Shown here: positions 1-8,701 of the stretch, piece after piece | Numbering within the stretch: the stretch's first letter is position 1 | Layout: each line of letters starts with the position of its first letter | Source: Patescibacteria group bacterium | GTDB lineage: Bacteria; Patescibacteriota; JABMPQ01; JAQVVF01 | Assembly (NCBI GenBank): GCA_041662665.1 | Contig: JBAZSC010000004.1 | Coordinates: 76,464-136,403, forward strand | Direction: 5' to 3' | Length of the DNA stretch: 59,940 nucleotides | Program-made: the position numbers and the translations under genes | Notes under the pieces: model-generated | What the model was told of the DNA's origin: nothing | What the model saw: only the letters and a program-made list of their open reading frames with translations | Database searches by the model: none

Positions 1-8
1 CCAAAAAC

Positions 9-36
9 TTGACAAAATTACAACTTTTTATATAAT
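9..36 (+). promoter_or_regulatory. sigma70-like promoter (TTGACA-16 nt-TATAAT) for the 106..474 cassette
   Basis: TTGACA at 9-14 and TATAAT at 31-36; followed by a 5' UTR hairpin (67-91, CCCGCCAT/ATGGCGGG) and GGAGG at 94-98. Confidence 0.5.
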
Positions 37-105
37 TATCAGCACCCTAAAAATTTTACTGACAAACCCGCCATGCCAAAAAAATGGCGGGCTGGAGGAT
101 GAAAA

Positions 106-474
106 ATGGAAAAAAGGGTCAATCTCATTCTATTTTCCTGTGCATTATTACTCATTTATTCTATTGCCAATTCGCTACCGAGCAAACCACTCGAACAACT
201 AATCAATTCAATCGCCACTCTCCAAAAATCGGTTGACGCTCTAAAGCCAGCAAAGCCAAAAGAAACAAAACTCCCAGAACAACCTATTTCAAATCCAACC
301 ACCATTCCCAATCTTTGCCAAACAAAATGCCAGACTAAATTGAAAATAGTAGCTAAGGCAAGAGACGATTTTGCTCAAAAATGTGATGAGTTATATTCAG
401 ATGAATGCAAAGTGCAAGGCGTATCTCTTAGTCTTGCCATTTCAGCTTACCTCTTCTGCCTAAATCCGAATTGA
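106..474 (+). CDS. small secreted Cys-containing protein, orphan
   Basis: N-terminal signal-like hydrophobic segment (LILFSCALLLIYSIANS); GGAGG 7 nt upstream of ATG; own promoter and terminator. Confidence 0.6.
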   Translation: MEKRVNLILFSCALLLIYSIANSLPSKPLEQLINSIATLQKSVDALKPAKPKETKLPEQPISNPTTIPNLCQTKCQTKLKIVAKARDDFAQKCDELYSDECKVQGVSLSLAISAYLFCLNPN

Positions 475-493
475 CATTTTTCGTACTTTCACC

Positions 494-519
494 AAACCTT
501 GATATCAAGGTTTTTTTAT
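494..519 (+). terminator. rho-independent terminator
   Basis: AAACCTTG-ATAT-CAAGGTTT stem followed by a T-run. Confidence 0.7.
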
Positions 520-594
520 TGCTTAAAATTTAATATATTTTTATTTTATTACTTCATTAAAAATGCTATACTATAACTATAATTTATAATCAAT

Positions 595-2208
595 ATGACA
601 AAAACAAAATATCTTGTTCTAATTATTTTGGCATTATTTATCTTGCCAAACATTTCGTTTGCTAAAACCAAATACCACACTTTTACCAGAAAACAAATCA
701 AAATAAAATATGATGCCAAACTTTGGGCTAAAAAAAATCACAAAGTTTATTTAAATTTAAAATTAAAATCAAAACCAAATACAGTCAAAATAAAAATCAA
801 AAAAACTTCTTTAAGCCAAAAAGGCCGAAAAAATTTAAAAGGACTAAAAGTAAACAAGTTTGCCAAACAATACAAAAACAAAGTTGCAAAACAATTCTCT
901 ACTTTGAATCCTCTATTTCAGTCCGCCCAAACTTACAAAATAAAACACAAAAATTATAAAATAATTAAATTAAATTTTAATTTAAAAACCGGCGGATTGT
1001 TTGCTTATTATATCACTAATAAAAAAGTCTATTTGCAATACATCATCATTTGCCGTCAGCCAGATATTACAATTTATAATCAAGATTTAAGAAAGATAAC
1101 GCAATCTTTAAGAATTTTGCCAGATAACACTGCTCCAACTTTTGCTGGAACGATGAATGCAGTGTCAACCAGTACCTCTTCAATTACTTTGTCTTGGGAT
1201 GAAGCAACTGACACTGTGTCATATCCAGAAAATATTAAATATCTGATTTATCAAGCTAATCAATTAGAAGAACAAGATTATGCCACGCCAAATTACACAA
1301 CCGAAAAAGGCGCAACATCATATCAAATCAATAATCTACAAGAATCAACTTCTTATTATTTTGTTGTTCGAGCCGAAGATGAAGCCGGAAATTTGGAATC
1401 CAATCAAACCCAAGCGATTGCCACAACAAAAGCAACTTCAAATGACAATCCAACTGCTGGTAGTCTGCAAAATGTTACTTATCAATCTAATGGCTCAACA
1501 GTTGTTGGAAGGATGTATCGACCTAACGGCGCTGGTCCTTTTCCAGCAATTGTTTTTAACCATGGCGGAATTACTCCAGTAGATCCTTCTGTTAATGACG
1601 CTAGAATCAATGCTTTACGTCAAGGCGATACTTATGCTGTTTTAGCCACAGCCTATCGAGGAGACACTCTCTCTGGAGGGAATCTAAGTCTTAGCCTAGG
1701 TGACGTTAATGACACCTTGGCAGCAATTGAATATCTAAAAAGTAAAAGCTATATTGACTCAAACAGAATTGCAATGTACGGGGAAAGCAGAGGTGGCAAT
1801 GTTACTCTATCCGCTGCTGAAAGAACAACCGAAATGAAAGCTGTTGTTACATGGTACCCATACACCAATATCACAACATTCTGTGATTATCTTAATGAAA
1901 ATGTCTATCCAGGCGCTTGTCTTCTTTATGCTGATTTTTATGGCTTAGCAGATTCTGACCATAATGTTCGTATTGCTTCACCAATCAATTTTGTATCTCG
2001 CTTAACTTCGCCATTGCAAAATAGTCATGGTACAGCTGACACTACAGTACCCTATTCCCAAAGCGTTGAACTAAATACTGCCATGACTGGCAAATCAAAT
2101 TACACTTTTTATGAATATGTTGGTGCTGATCATGGTGGTAGTGCTGTTTGGGCAACAGATGGAACTGCAATGCAGAGGCTTCATGAATTTATTGCCAGCT
2201 ATTTATAA
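595..2208 (+). CDS. secreted FN3-domain / alpha-beta serine hydrolase (S9 / dienelactone-hydrolase-like)
   Basis: Signal/anchor ILALFILPNISFA; FN3-like segment (SSITLSWDEATD...YYFVVRAED); GESRGG nucleophile elbow, GTADTTVP and DHG motifs. Confidence 0.75.
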   Translation: MTKTKYLVLIILALFILPNISFAKTKYHTFTRKQIKIKYDAKLWAKKNHKVYLNLKLKSKPNTVKIKIKKTSLSQKGRKNLKGLKVNKFAKQYKNKVAKQFSTLNPLFQSAQTYKIKHKNYKIIKLNFNLKTGGLFAYYITNKKVYLQYIIICRQPDITIYNQDLRKITQSLRILPDNTAPTFAGTMNAVSTSTSSITLSWDEATDTVSYPENIKYLIYQANQLEEQDYATPNYTTEKGATSYQINNLQESTSYYFVVRAEDEAGNLESNQTQAIATTKATSNDNPTAGSLQNVTYQSNGSTVVGRMYRPNGAGPFPAIVFNHGGITPVDPSVNDARINALRQGDTYAVLATAYRGDTLSGGNLSLSLGDVNDTLAAIEYLKSKSYIDSNRIAMYGESRGGNVTLSAAERTTEMKAVVTWYPYTNITTFCDYLNENVYPGACLLYADFYGLADSDHNVRIASPINFVSRLTSPLQNSHGTADTTVPYSQSVELNTAMTGKSNYTFYEYVGADHGGSAVWATDGTAMQRLHEFIASYL

Positions 2209-2255
2209 TTGACAATTATCAATATTTTGCTAGACTAAAATTGTAAAATTATTTT

Positions 2256-2474
2256 ATGCCAAAAGTAAACTTAAAAAATATTGTTTGGAAAGAAGATAAA
2301 TATTATGTTGCCCAATGCTTGAATGTTGATGTCTCAAGCTTTGGAGAAACAAAAAAAGAAGCTATCAAAAATTTAGACGAAGCTTTAGAATTATATTTTG
2401 AAGACATAAAAATTCCAGAAGTAACCAAGATTGAAAAACCTGAAGTTGTTAATCTTTCTTTGAGTTATGCCTAA
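2256..2474 (+). CDS. hicB: HicB-family antitoxin (UPF0150-like)
   Basis: 72 aa; KYYVAQCLNVDVSSFGETKKEAIKNLDEALELYFED pattern typical of HicB N-terminal domain; followed by a hicA-like reading frame. Confidence 0.7.
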   Translation: MPKVNLKNIVWKEDKYYVAQCLNVDVSSFGETKKEAIKNLDEALELYFEDIKIPEVTKIEKPEVVNLSLSYA

Positions 2475-2675
2475 ATTATATTCATCAAAAAAATTATTAA
2501 AGTCCTGAAAAAACAGGGCTTTATTTTTGTGTCACAAAAAAGAAGTCACACCAAATATCGCAAAACAAATCACAAAACTCTGACTGTTATAGTTCCAGCA
2601 AATAGAAAAGAAATTCCTTCCGGAACTTTTAAATCAATTTTACGCCAAGCCAATTTATCAGCAAAAGAATTTTAA
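2467..2675 (+). CDS. hicA: HicA-family toxin; start unresolved (ATG at 2467 is out of frame with the HicA body by -1 across an A7 run)
   Basis: Frame 2475-2675 translates to IIFIKKIIKVLKKQGFIFVSQKRSHTKYRKTNHKTLTVIVPANRKEIPSGTFKSILRQANLSAKEF (HicA/YcfA signature). The only ATG (2467, overlapping the hicB stop as ATGCCTAA) is in the +1 frame upstream of TCAAAAAAATT. Confidence 0.55.
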
Positions 2676-2679
2676 ATAA

Positions 2680-3243
2680 ATGAACAAAAAAATTATTCAA
2701 GAAGTAAAAAATTTTGTTGAAACAGAATGCAAAAAACCTACCAGCAAATATGGCTATGAACCTTATCCATTCCATTTTGTGCCAGTTGTAAATTATGCCC
2801 AAAAATTAGCAAAAGAACTTGGAGGAGATCTTGAAATAGTTACAATTGCTAGCTATCTTCATGACATTGGCTCAATAATTTATGGTCGAGAAAATCACCA
2901 TCTTACAGGAGCCAAAATTGCTGAAAAAAAATTGCAAGAATTAAATTATCCAAAAGAAAAAATAGAAAAAGTTAAAAATTGCATCTTGCATCATCGAGGA
3001 TCAAAAAATTATCAACGATTAAGCATAGAAGAACAAATTGTTGTTGAAGCTGACTGCTTAAGCGCCTTTGACAACTTGTCAGGAATTTTAAAAGCTGCCT
3101 TTATTTGTGAGAATCTAGATCAAGGACAAGCAAAAATTTCAGCCAGAACAAAATTAGAAAATAAATGGAAACAATTAAAATTTAAAAATTCTAAAATAAT
3201 CATCAAACCAAAATTTGAAGCAGCAATGCTACTCTTAAAATAA
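2680..3243 (+). CDS. HD-domain metal-dependent phosphohydrolase
   Basis: LHDIGS HD motif, second His cluster CILHHRG. Confidence 0.8.
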   Translation: MNKKIIQEVKNFVETECKKPTSKYGYEPYPFHFVPVVNYAQKLAKELGGDLEIVTIASYLHDIGSIIYGRENHHLTGAKIAEKKLQELNYPKEKIEKVKNCILHHRGSKNYQRLSIEEQIVVEADCLSAFDNLSGILKAAFICENLDQGQAKISARTKLENKWKQLKFKNSKIIIKPKFEAAMLLLK

Positions 3244-3244
3244 A

Positions 3245-3922
3245 ATGTCCAAACTATTCAAAATCATTTTAATAATACTTTCCATCTTAATTGCCGCAGT
3301 CTTAACAAGCTTGGCAATTTATTTTGTCTTTTTTAATAACAAAAATGAAATTTCAAATCAAACTTTTCAACAAAATCTTAATATTATAAATCCTGACACA
3401 AATACAAATTCAGAACCGCAATCTCAATTCACATATCCAATCCAAAATTTCAAAACTAATCAAACCAAAAAAACTTTTGACCAATTTATAACAGCCGAAA
3501 ATTCACCAATTCAACCAGAAAGATTTTCTGGCTATCATGCAGGAGCTGATATCGAAATCAATCCTGATCAAATTGATCAAGACGTTCCAATCTATGCTAT
3601 TGAAGATGCTCAAGTTGTTTATCTTGGCTATGTTTCTGGTTATGGCGGTGTAATTATCTTGCAAGGAAACGTCAATAATCAACCAGTCACCTTTTTGTAT
3701 GGACATATTAAATTATCTTCTGTAAACTTATCTGTTGGCGATCAAGTTAGCAATGGCCAGCAAATTGGAATTTTAGGTGATCAATATTCAACTGAAACAG
3801 ATAGAGAAAGAAAACATCTCCATTTCGCAATTCACAAAGGATCAAACATTGAATTACGAGGATACGTTAACAATGAAGCAGAACTTCAAAATTGGTATAA
3901 TCCAAACGATATCATTAAATAG
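3245..3922 (+). CDS. membrane-anchored M23 (LytM-type) peptidase
   Basis: N-terminal TM; HAGAD (HxxxD) and HLHFAIH (HxH) metal-binding motifs. Confidence 0.85.
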   Translation: MSKLFKIILIILSILIAAVLTSLAIYFVFFNNKNEISNQTFQQNLNIINPDTNTNSEPQSQFTYPIQNFKTNQTKKTFDQFITAENSPIQPERFSGYHAGADIEINPDQIDQDVPIYAIEDAQVVYLGYVSGYGGVIILQGNVNNQPVTFLYGHIKLSSVNLSVGDQVSNGQQIGILGDQYSTETDRERKHLHFAIHKGSNIELRGYVNNEAELQNWYNPNDIIK

Positions 3923-3963
3923 TTCTGCATTTTCTGCGTTAACTTCTGCGTTTTTTCTGCGAT
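3923..3963. repeat. intergenic word repeat, TTCTGCG(T/A)T family (4 copies)
   Basis: ttctgcattttctgcgttaacttctgcgttttttctgcgatt; the same word recurs at ~25258, ~28900, ~32250. Confidence 0.8.
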
Positions 3964-3994
3964 TAAATTATTTAACAATTTAACAATAGAACAA

Positions 3995-5149
3995 TTGAGC
4001 AATACAACAATTATTGTCCACTACTCTGAAATCGGTCTTAAAGGCAGAAATAGGAATATCTTTGAAAACAAACTAATTAAAAACATAAAAGCCCACATTA
4101 ATCAATTGGGCTCTTTTAAACTTGTCCATTTGCACGATCGTATTTTGATTGAAATCTCTCAACTCTCACCTCTCATATCCCAAGCTCTTCAAAAAACATT
4201 CGGCATCGCCAATTTCGCAATTGCCAAAACAACAAAATTAGATCTAAACGAAATAAAAGAGCAAGTTTTAAACCTCGCCAAAACAAAAGAATTTACCACT
4301 TTTGCTATTCAAGCCAGTCGTTCCAACAAAAAGTTTCCGCTCACTTCTCAACAAATTAACGAACAAGTCGGTGGAGTAATTTTAGATAATTTAAAAAATA
4401 AAAAAGTAAAATTAAAAAATCCTAATTTAACTATTTATGTTGATATTTTAAAAGACCAAGCTCTAATTTATTCTGAAAAAATCAAAACTTTCGGTGGCTT
4501 ACCAACTGGCACAGCAGGCAATGTTATCTCTTTAATTTCCGGGGGCATTGATTCGCCCGTTGCTTCTTTTCAAATCATGAAACGAGGCTGTCAAATTATT
4601 TTTTGTCATTTCCATTCTTACCCGCAGACTTCAATTGAATCACAAGACCAAGTCAAAAAATTAGTTAGTATTTTAGATCAATATCAGCAAAATTCTAAAT
4701 TATACTTAATTCCAATCCTGGACATTCAAAAACAAATTGTTGCCAAATGCTCTGCCAAACTTCGCGTTGTTTTATACCGCAGAATGATGATGCGAATCGC
4801 CACTAAAATCGCAGAATTAGAAAATGCCAAAGCTTTAATTACCGGCGATTCAATCGGTCAAGTCGCTTCCCAAACTTTAGAAAATATTCAAGCAATTTCC
4901 AATGCTACAGACTTGCCAATTTTTCGCCCACTAGCTGGATTAGACAAAGAAGAAATAATAACTTATGCAAAAAAAATAGAAACTTACGAAACTTCAATCC
5001 AACCTTTTGGCGATTGCTGTTCTCTCTTTATTCCAGATAGTCCAGAAACAAAAGCAAAATTAGATGAAGTTTTAAAAAATGAACGAGAATTAGAAATTGA
5101 TAAATTAATTAATGATTCGTTTCAACAATTAGTTATTAAGCAATTTTAA
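3995..5149 (+). CDS. thiI: tRNA 4-thiouridine synthase ThiI (THUMP + PP-loop, no rhodanese domain)
   Basis: YSEIGLKGRNR N-terminus, PP-loop SGGIDSPVA; TTG start. Confidence 0.85.
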   Translation: MSNTTIIVHYSEIGLKGRNRNIFENKLIKNIKAHINQLGSFKLVHLHDRILIEISQLSPLISQALQKTFGIANFAIAKTTKLDLNEIKEQVLNLAKTKEFTTFAIQASRSNKKFPLTSQQINEQVGGVILDNLKNKKVKLKNPNLTIYVDILKDQALIYSEKIKTFGGLPTGTAGNVISLISGGIDSPVASFQIMKRGCQIIFCHFHSYPQTSIESQDQVKKLVSILDQYQQNSKLYLIPILDIQKQIVAKCSAKLRVVLYRRMMMRIATKIAELENAKALITGDSIGQVASQTLENIQAISNATDLPIFRPLAGLDKEEIITYAKKIETYETSIQPFGDCCSLFIPDSPETKAKLDEVLKNERELEIDKLINDSFQQLVIKQF

Positions 5150-5151
5150 AT

Positions 5152-5175
5152 AAAAAAAAGACATTTTATTGTCTT
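5152..5175. terminator. bidirectional hairpin terminator (thiI / 5180..5572)
   Basis: AAGACA-TTTTAT-TGTCTT flanked by an A-run on the + strand. Confidence 0.6.
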
Positions 5176-5179
5176 AATA

Positions 5180-5572
5180 TCAAAGAACTTTGAAAGTAAT
5201 CTTTATGCCTCCAACATGCATAATGTCATACTCAATCAAGATTAGTCCTTCACAAACTTGTTTCATGTCCGCTATAGTAGGACAAAAGAAATCCAGACGA
5301 CGTTCCTGAGCTATGACTTCAATTGCTCCTTGTTCCAAAAGATTTCTAAAAACCATCTCCACATGTTCTATTCCAAGAAAAATCGCAGATTTGCTTAGCA
5401 ATATAACTGCTTTTTTCAAAGCTTCATCACGCCTTGCTTTTTCCCAATCAATCCTTTCTTGCCATTTCCTTTGCTCTTCTTCCAATAGCTTGACTACTGA
5501 AGTAGCTCGCTGAAAAAAACATAACTGATTTCCCAAATCCAATGACATTTTTCTTTTTTCATCCTCTGTCAT
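5180..5572 (-). CDS. orphan protein, SD-led cassette
   Basis: AGGAGGGAGG immediately upstream of ATG; E/R/W/C-rich composition unlike neighbours; terminator downstream. Confidence 0.6.
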   Translation of the reverse strand: MTEDEKRKMSLDLGNQLCFFQRATSVVKLLEEEQRKWQERIDWEKARRDEALKKAVILLSKSAIFLGIEHVEMVFRNLLEQGAIEVIAQERRLDFFCPTIADMKQVCEGLILIEYDIMHVGGIKITFKVL

Positions 5573-5641
5573 TTCCTCCCTCCTTTGAAGGTAAAAAGAA
5601 CTTAATACAATAATATATCAGTAAAAATCATAACGCGCAAT

Positions 5642-5667
5642 AAAAAAAGAAGACATCAAAGTCTTCT
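5642..5667 (-). terminator. rho-independent terminator of 5666..6154
   Basis: AGAAGAC-N6-GTCTTCT followed by a T-run on the minus strand; overlaps the stop codon. Confidence 0.6.
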
Positions 5668-6154
5668 ACAAGTGCAAAAAGGTACCTTTTTCAAAACATG
5701 GCTTAAAAATCAATTCAATCGTTACAACATCATCACGCATATCTATCTCTGTAACAAAAATATCAATAATATCTTGCCAACCAAATCTCAAAGATTCTAG
5801 TTCAGAATAAAATTCTGCTCGCTTGCTTTTTGGCACAAACAATCTGATTTCTTGCTGTTCGCCACAAATCACTTTCTGAAAAACATTGTAAAAATCAATC
5901 CTCGCAAAACTTTCCAATTTTTCACCACGCAACCAATAAAACGGAAACAAGAATTCAACTTCTGGAAGAATCTGCTTTCCAAATCGATCTTTGTAATCAT
6001 GAACTCGATTTCTGAACAACTTCAAATAATGCAAGATTGAAACATGAAATTGTTGAAACCTTTCAACGACATGGCTATCAGCAGAACACAAAATCGTTTC
6101 TGCCAAATCCAACATGATTGCCATTACCATTTTTCTTTTCAATTTATCTACCAT
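5666..6154 (-). CDS. orphan protein, SD-led cassette (start moved to the internal ATG after GGAGGGAGAGGAG)
   Basis: ORF-track start 6193 lies in the leader; the SD precedes M14 (MVDKLKRK...). Confidence 0.6.
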   Translation of the reverse strand: MVDKLKRKMVMAIMLDLAETILCSADSHVVERFQQFHVSILHYLKLFRNRVHDYKDRFGKQILPEVEFLFPFYWLRGEKLESFARIDFYNVFQKVICGEQQEIRLFVPKSKRAEFYSELESLRFGWQDIIDIFVTEIDMRDDVVTIELIFKPCFEKGTFLHL

Positions 6155-6198
6155 CTCCTCTCCCTCCTTTTTCGGCAGGCATAAAAAGAGCATCTAAC

Positions 6199-6227
6199 AA
6201 TATACCAAGATATTAAAATATTATCAA
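6199..6227 (-). promoter_or_regulatory. sigma70-like promoter (TTGATA-17-TATATT)
   Basis: Read on the minus strand upstream of 5666..6154. Confidence 0.4.
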
Positions 6228-6321
6228 GTCAAATTGAATTTTTCTTTGTTCCTGATATAATTAAATTAATTATTCGCTGTAGCGACAGGGCACTGCCCTG
6301 TCGTTACGTCAACCAAATTTT

Positions 6322-7500
6322 ATGTCTGATAACAAAATCAACGAAATTTTAACTCGCGGAATTGAAGATATTATTGAAAAAGATCATCTTCAAAAAAATT
6401 TAGAATCAAAAAAATTAAGAATTAAATTTGGCATTGATCCAACTGGCCCAAAAATCCATTTAGGTCGAGCCATTCCTCTTTGGAAACTTCGCGACCTTCA
6501 AAATCTAGGTCACACTATTGTTTTAATCATCGGTGATTTTACTGCCCAAATTGGCGATCCTTCTGACAAGTTGTCAAAACGACCTTTTCTTACAGAAGAT
6601 GAAATCAAAAAGAATCTTGAAAATTATAAAGAACAATTAGGCAAAATTTTGAATATTGAAAAAGTTGAATATCGCTATAATTCGGAATGGCTAAAAAATT
6701 TAACTTTCAAAGAAATCAGCCAATTAGCTGAAATTTTTTCCATCCAACAAATGCTAGCCAGAAGAAATTTCAAAGAAAGATTTGAGAACAAAGAAGAAAT
6801 TTCTTTGCGTGAATGCCTCTATCCAATCATGCAAGGCTACGATTCAGTTCAAATAAAATCGGATTTAGAAGTTGGCGGTTTTGATCAATTATTTAATTTA
6901 AAAGCAGGCAGATTAATCCAAAAACATTTTAATCAACCAGAACAAGATATTTTAACTTGTAAAATGTTATTAGGCTTAGATGGGCGAAAAATGTCGACAT
7001 CTTGGGGTAATATTATTACAATCGTAGACGAACCAAATGACATGTTTGGCAAAATCATGTCCATGCATGACGAATTAATTCCAGACTACTTCTTACTTTG
7101 TACCAGATTAAATTTAGAAGAAGTAAATAAAATTAAAACAGAATTAGAACAAGGTACAAATCCAAGAGATTTAAAAATTAAATTAGCTAAGGAAATCGTT
7201 ACTTTGTATCATAGCAAAGAGTTAGCAGATAAAGCCGAGGCAGAATTCAAACAAGTTTTCCAACAAAAAGGCAAACCAACCGACATTCCAGAAATAGAAA
7301 TTAAAGACAAAAAATTAAAATTAATCGACCTAATTTCACAGACAAAAACGATTCCATCAAAATCAGAAATCCGCCGTTTAATCGAACAAAAAGCTGTCAA
7401 AATCAACGATCAAGTTAACAATAATTGGCAAGCCGAAATTGAAATAAAATCTGGCGACATTATTCAAATCGGCAGAAGAAAATTCGTAAAAATAAAATAA
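6322..7500 (+). CDS. tyrS: tyrosine--tRNA ligase
   Basis: HIGH-type motif (KIHLGR), KMSTS, GGFDQLFN, C-terminal S4-like domain. Confidence 0.9.
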   Translation: MSDNKINEILTRGIEDIIEKDHLQKNLESKKLRIKFGIDPTGPKIHLGRAIPLWKLRDLQNLGHTIVLIIGDFTAQIGDPSDKLSKRPFLTEDEIKKNLENYKEQLGKILNIEKVEYRYNSEWLKNLTFKEISQLAEIFSIQQMLARRNFKERFENKEEISLRECLYPIMQGYDSVQIKSDLEVGGFDQLFNLKAGRLIQKHFNQPEQDILTCKMLLGLDGRKMSTSWGNIITIVDEPNDMFGKIMSMHDELIPDYFLLCTRLNLEEVNKIKTELEQGTNPRDLKIKLAKEIVTLYHSKELADKAEAEFKQVFQQKGKPTDIPEIEIKDKKLKLIDLISQTKTIPSKSEIRRLIEQKAVKINDQVNNNWQAEIEIKSGDIIQIGRRKFVKIK

Positions 7501-7566
7501 AAGATTAAAACACAAATCCCAAATCCCAAATTCCAAACAAATTACAAATCACAAAATACAAAAAAA

Positions 7567-7589
7567 CCTGCGAACGAACGCAGGTTTTT
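7567..7589. terminator. hairpin terminator after tyrS
   Basis: CCTGCG-AACGAA-CGCAGG then TTTTT; A-run on the other side. Confidence 0.7.
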
Positions 7590-7611
7590 ACTTTATAAAC
7601 TTTATAACTTT

Positions 7612-7767
7612 TTACTCGTCTTTTTCTTTTGGTCTTTTTCTCACAAAATGTCCTTGATATCGACATTTCTGGCATAACATTTTTTCTTTGGTCTCAATCC
7701 AACCATGCTCGCCTTCATATTCATAATCCTGCCCACAATTTGGGCAATACACTTTTATTTTGTCCAT
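7612..7767 (-). CDS. 51-aa zinc-ribbon protein (below ORF-track cutoff)
   Basis: MDKIKVYCPNCGQDYEYEGEHGWIETKEKMLCQKCRYQGHFVRKRPKEKDE: two CxxC pairs, ATG start, TAA stop. Confidence 0.55.
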   Translation of the reverse strand: MDKIKVYCPNCGQDYEYEGEHGWIETKEKMLCQKCRYQGHFVRKRPKEKDE

Positions 7768-7775
7768 ATATTTAT

Positions 7776-7814
7776 ATTAGCAAATAATTAGCAAAAATTA
7801 GCAAAGGATTAGCG
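7776..7814. repeat. intergenic word repeat ATTAGCAAA x4
   Basis: attagcaaataattagcaaaaattagcaaaggattagcga. Confidence 0.75.
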
Positions 7815-8657
7815 ACTTATTAATAATCCTGCTCCAATCATTCCAGCATCATCGCCTAACATTGCCTTTTCAACTTTAAATTCAACATCTTTATAAAAAA
7901 TATATTTTCCCATTTCTTTTTTTGCCGATTCAATCAAAATGTCAGACCTTGCTAATCCTCCACCAATAATTATAATTTCGGGACACAAAATATTTATTAA
8001 ATCTGCAATTCCAATTCCTAAATATTTACCTGCTGTTTCATAACATTTTTTTGCTATATCATCTCTTTCAATTTTATTTTCAATTTCTACTGCGTCAATA
8101 TTTTGACCGTAGCATTTTTCAATTGCAGATCCAGAAGCTAAATTCTCAAAACTTTTTTCACCTAACATCATATGTCCAGCTTCTGCTCCAAATCCTTGAC
8201 CCTTATATAATTTAGAATCAACAATAATTCCTGATCCAATTCCAGTCCCAATTGTCAATCCTAAAATATTTTTAAATCCTTTGCCTGCTCCAAATTTTGC
8301 TTCAGCTAAAACAAAACAATTCGCATCATTTTCTATAGCAATTTTTGTTACTTTAAATCCATTTAATTTCTTTAACAATAAATCACTAAAATCAATTCCA
8401 TCTAATTTCGGCATATTCGGAGATTTGATAATTTTTCCTTTCTCAGAATCAATTTGTCCAGCAATTCCTATTCCAATTAATAATTCCTCATTATTTTCTG
8501 CTAAGGCTTTAACAATTTCAACAACATTATCCAAAACTTTATCAATACCCAAATTAGCTTCTGTTAATTTTTTAACTTTTTTGACAATTTTAGAACCATC
8601 AAAAATTCCACCAATCATTTTCGTTGCGCCAATATCAATGCCAATTATTTTATTCAT
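7809..8657 (-). CDS. ROK-family sugar kinase (glucokinase-like)
   Basis: IGIDIGATK N-terminus, glycine-rich ROK core GLTIGTGIGSGII. Confidence 0.85.
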   Translation of the reverse strand: MNKIIGIDIGATKMIGGIFDGSKIVKKVKKLTEANLGIDKVLDNVVEIVKALAENNEELLIGIGIAGQIDSEKGKIIKSPNMPKLDGIDFSDLLLKKLNGFKVTKIAIENDANCFVLAEAKFGAGKGFKNILGLTIGTGIGSGIIVDSKLYKGQGFGAEAGHMMLGEKSFENLASGSAIEKCYGQNIDAVEIENKIERDDIAKKCYETAGKYLGIGIADLINILCPEIIIIGGGLARSDILIESAKKEMGKYIFYKDVEFKVEKAMLGDDAGMIGAGLLISR

Positions 8658-8701
8658 AGAAATTCTTAAAAATATTTATATTTACTTAAAATATAAAATA
8701 A

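Noticed and set aside
6194-6321. T-box riboswitch upstream of tyrS
   Set aside because: The leader is only about 60-120 nt. I see no specifier-loop architecture, no conserved T-box sequence and no terminator/antiterminator alternative. Only a single GC hairpin is present.
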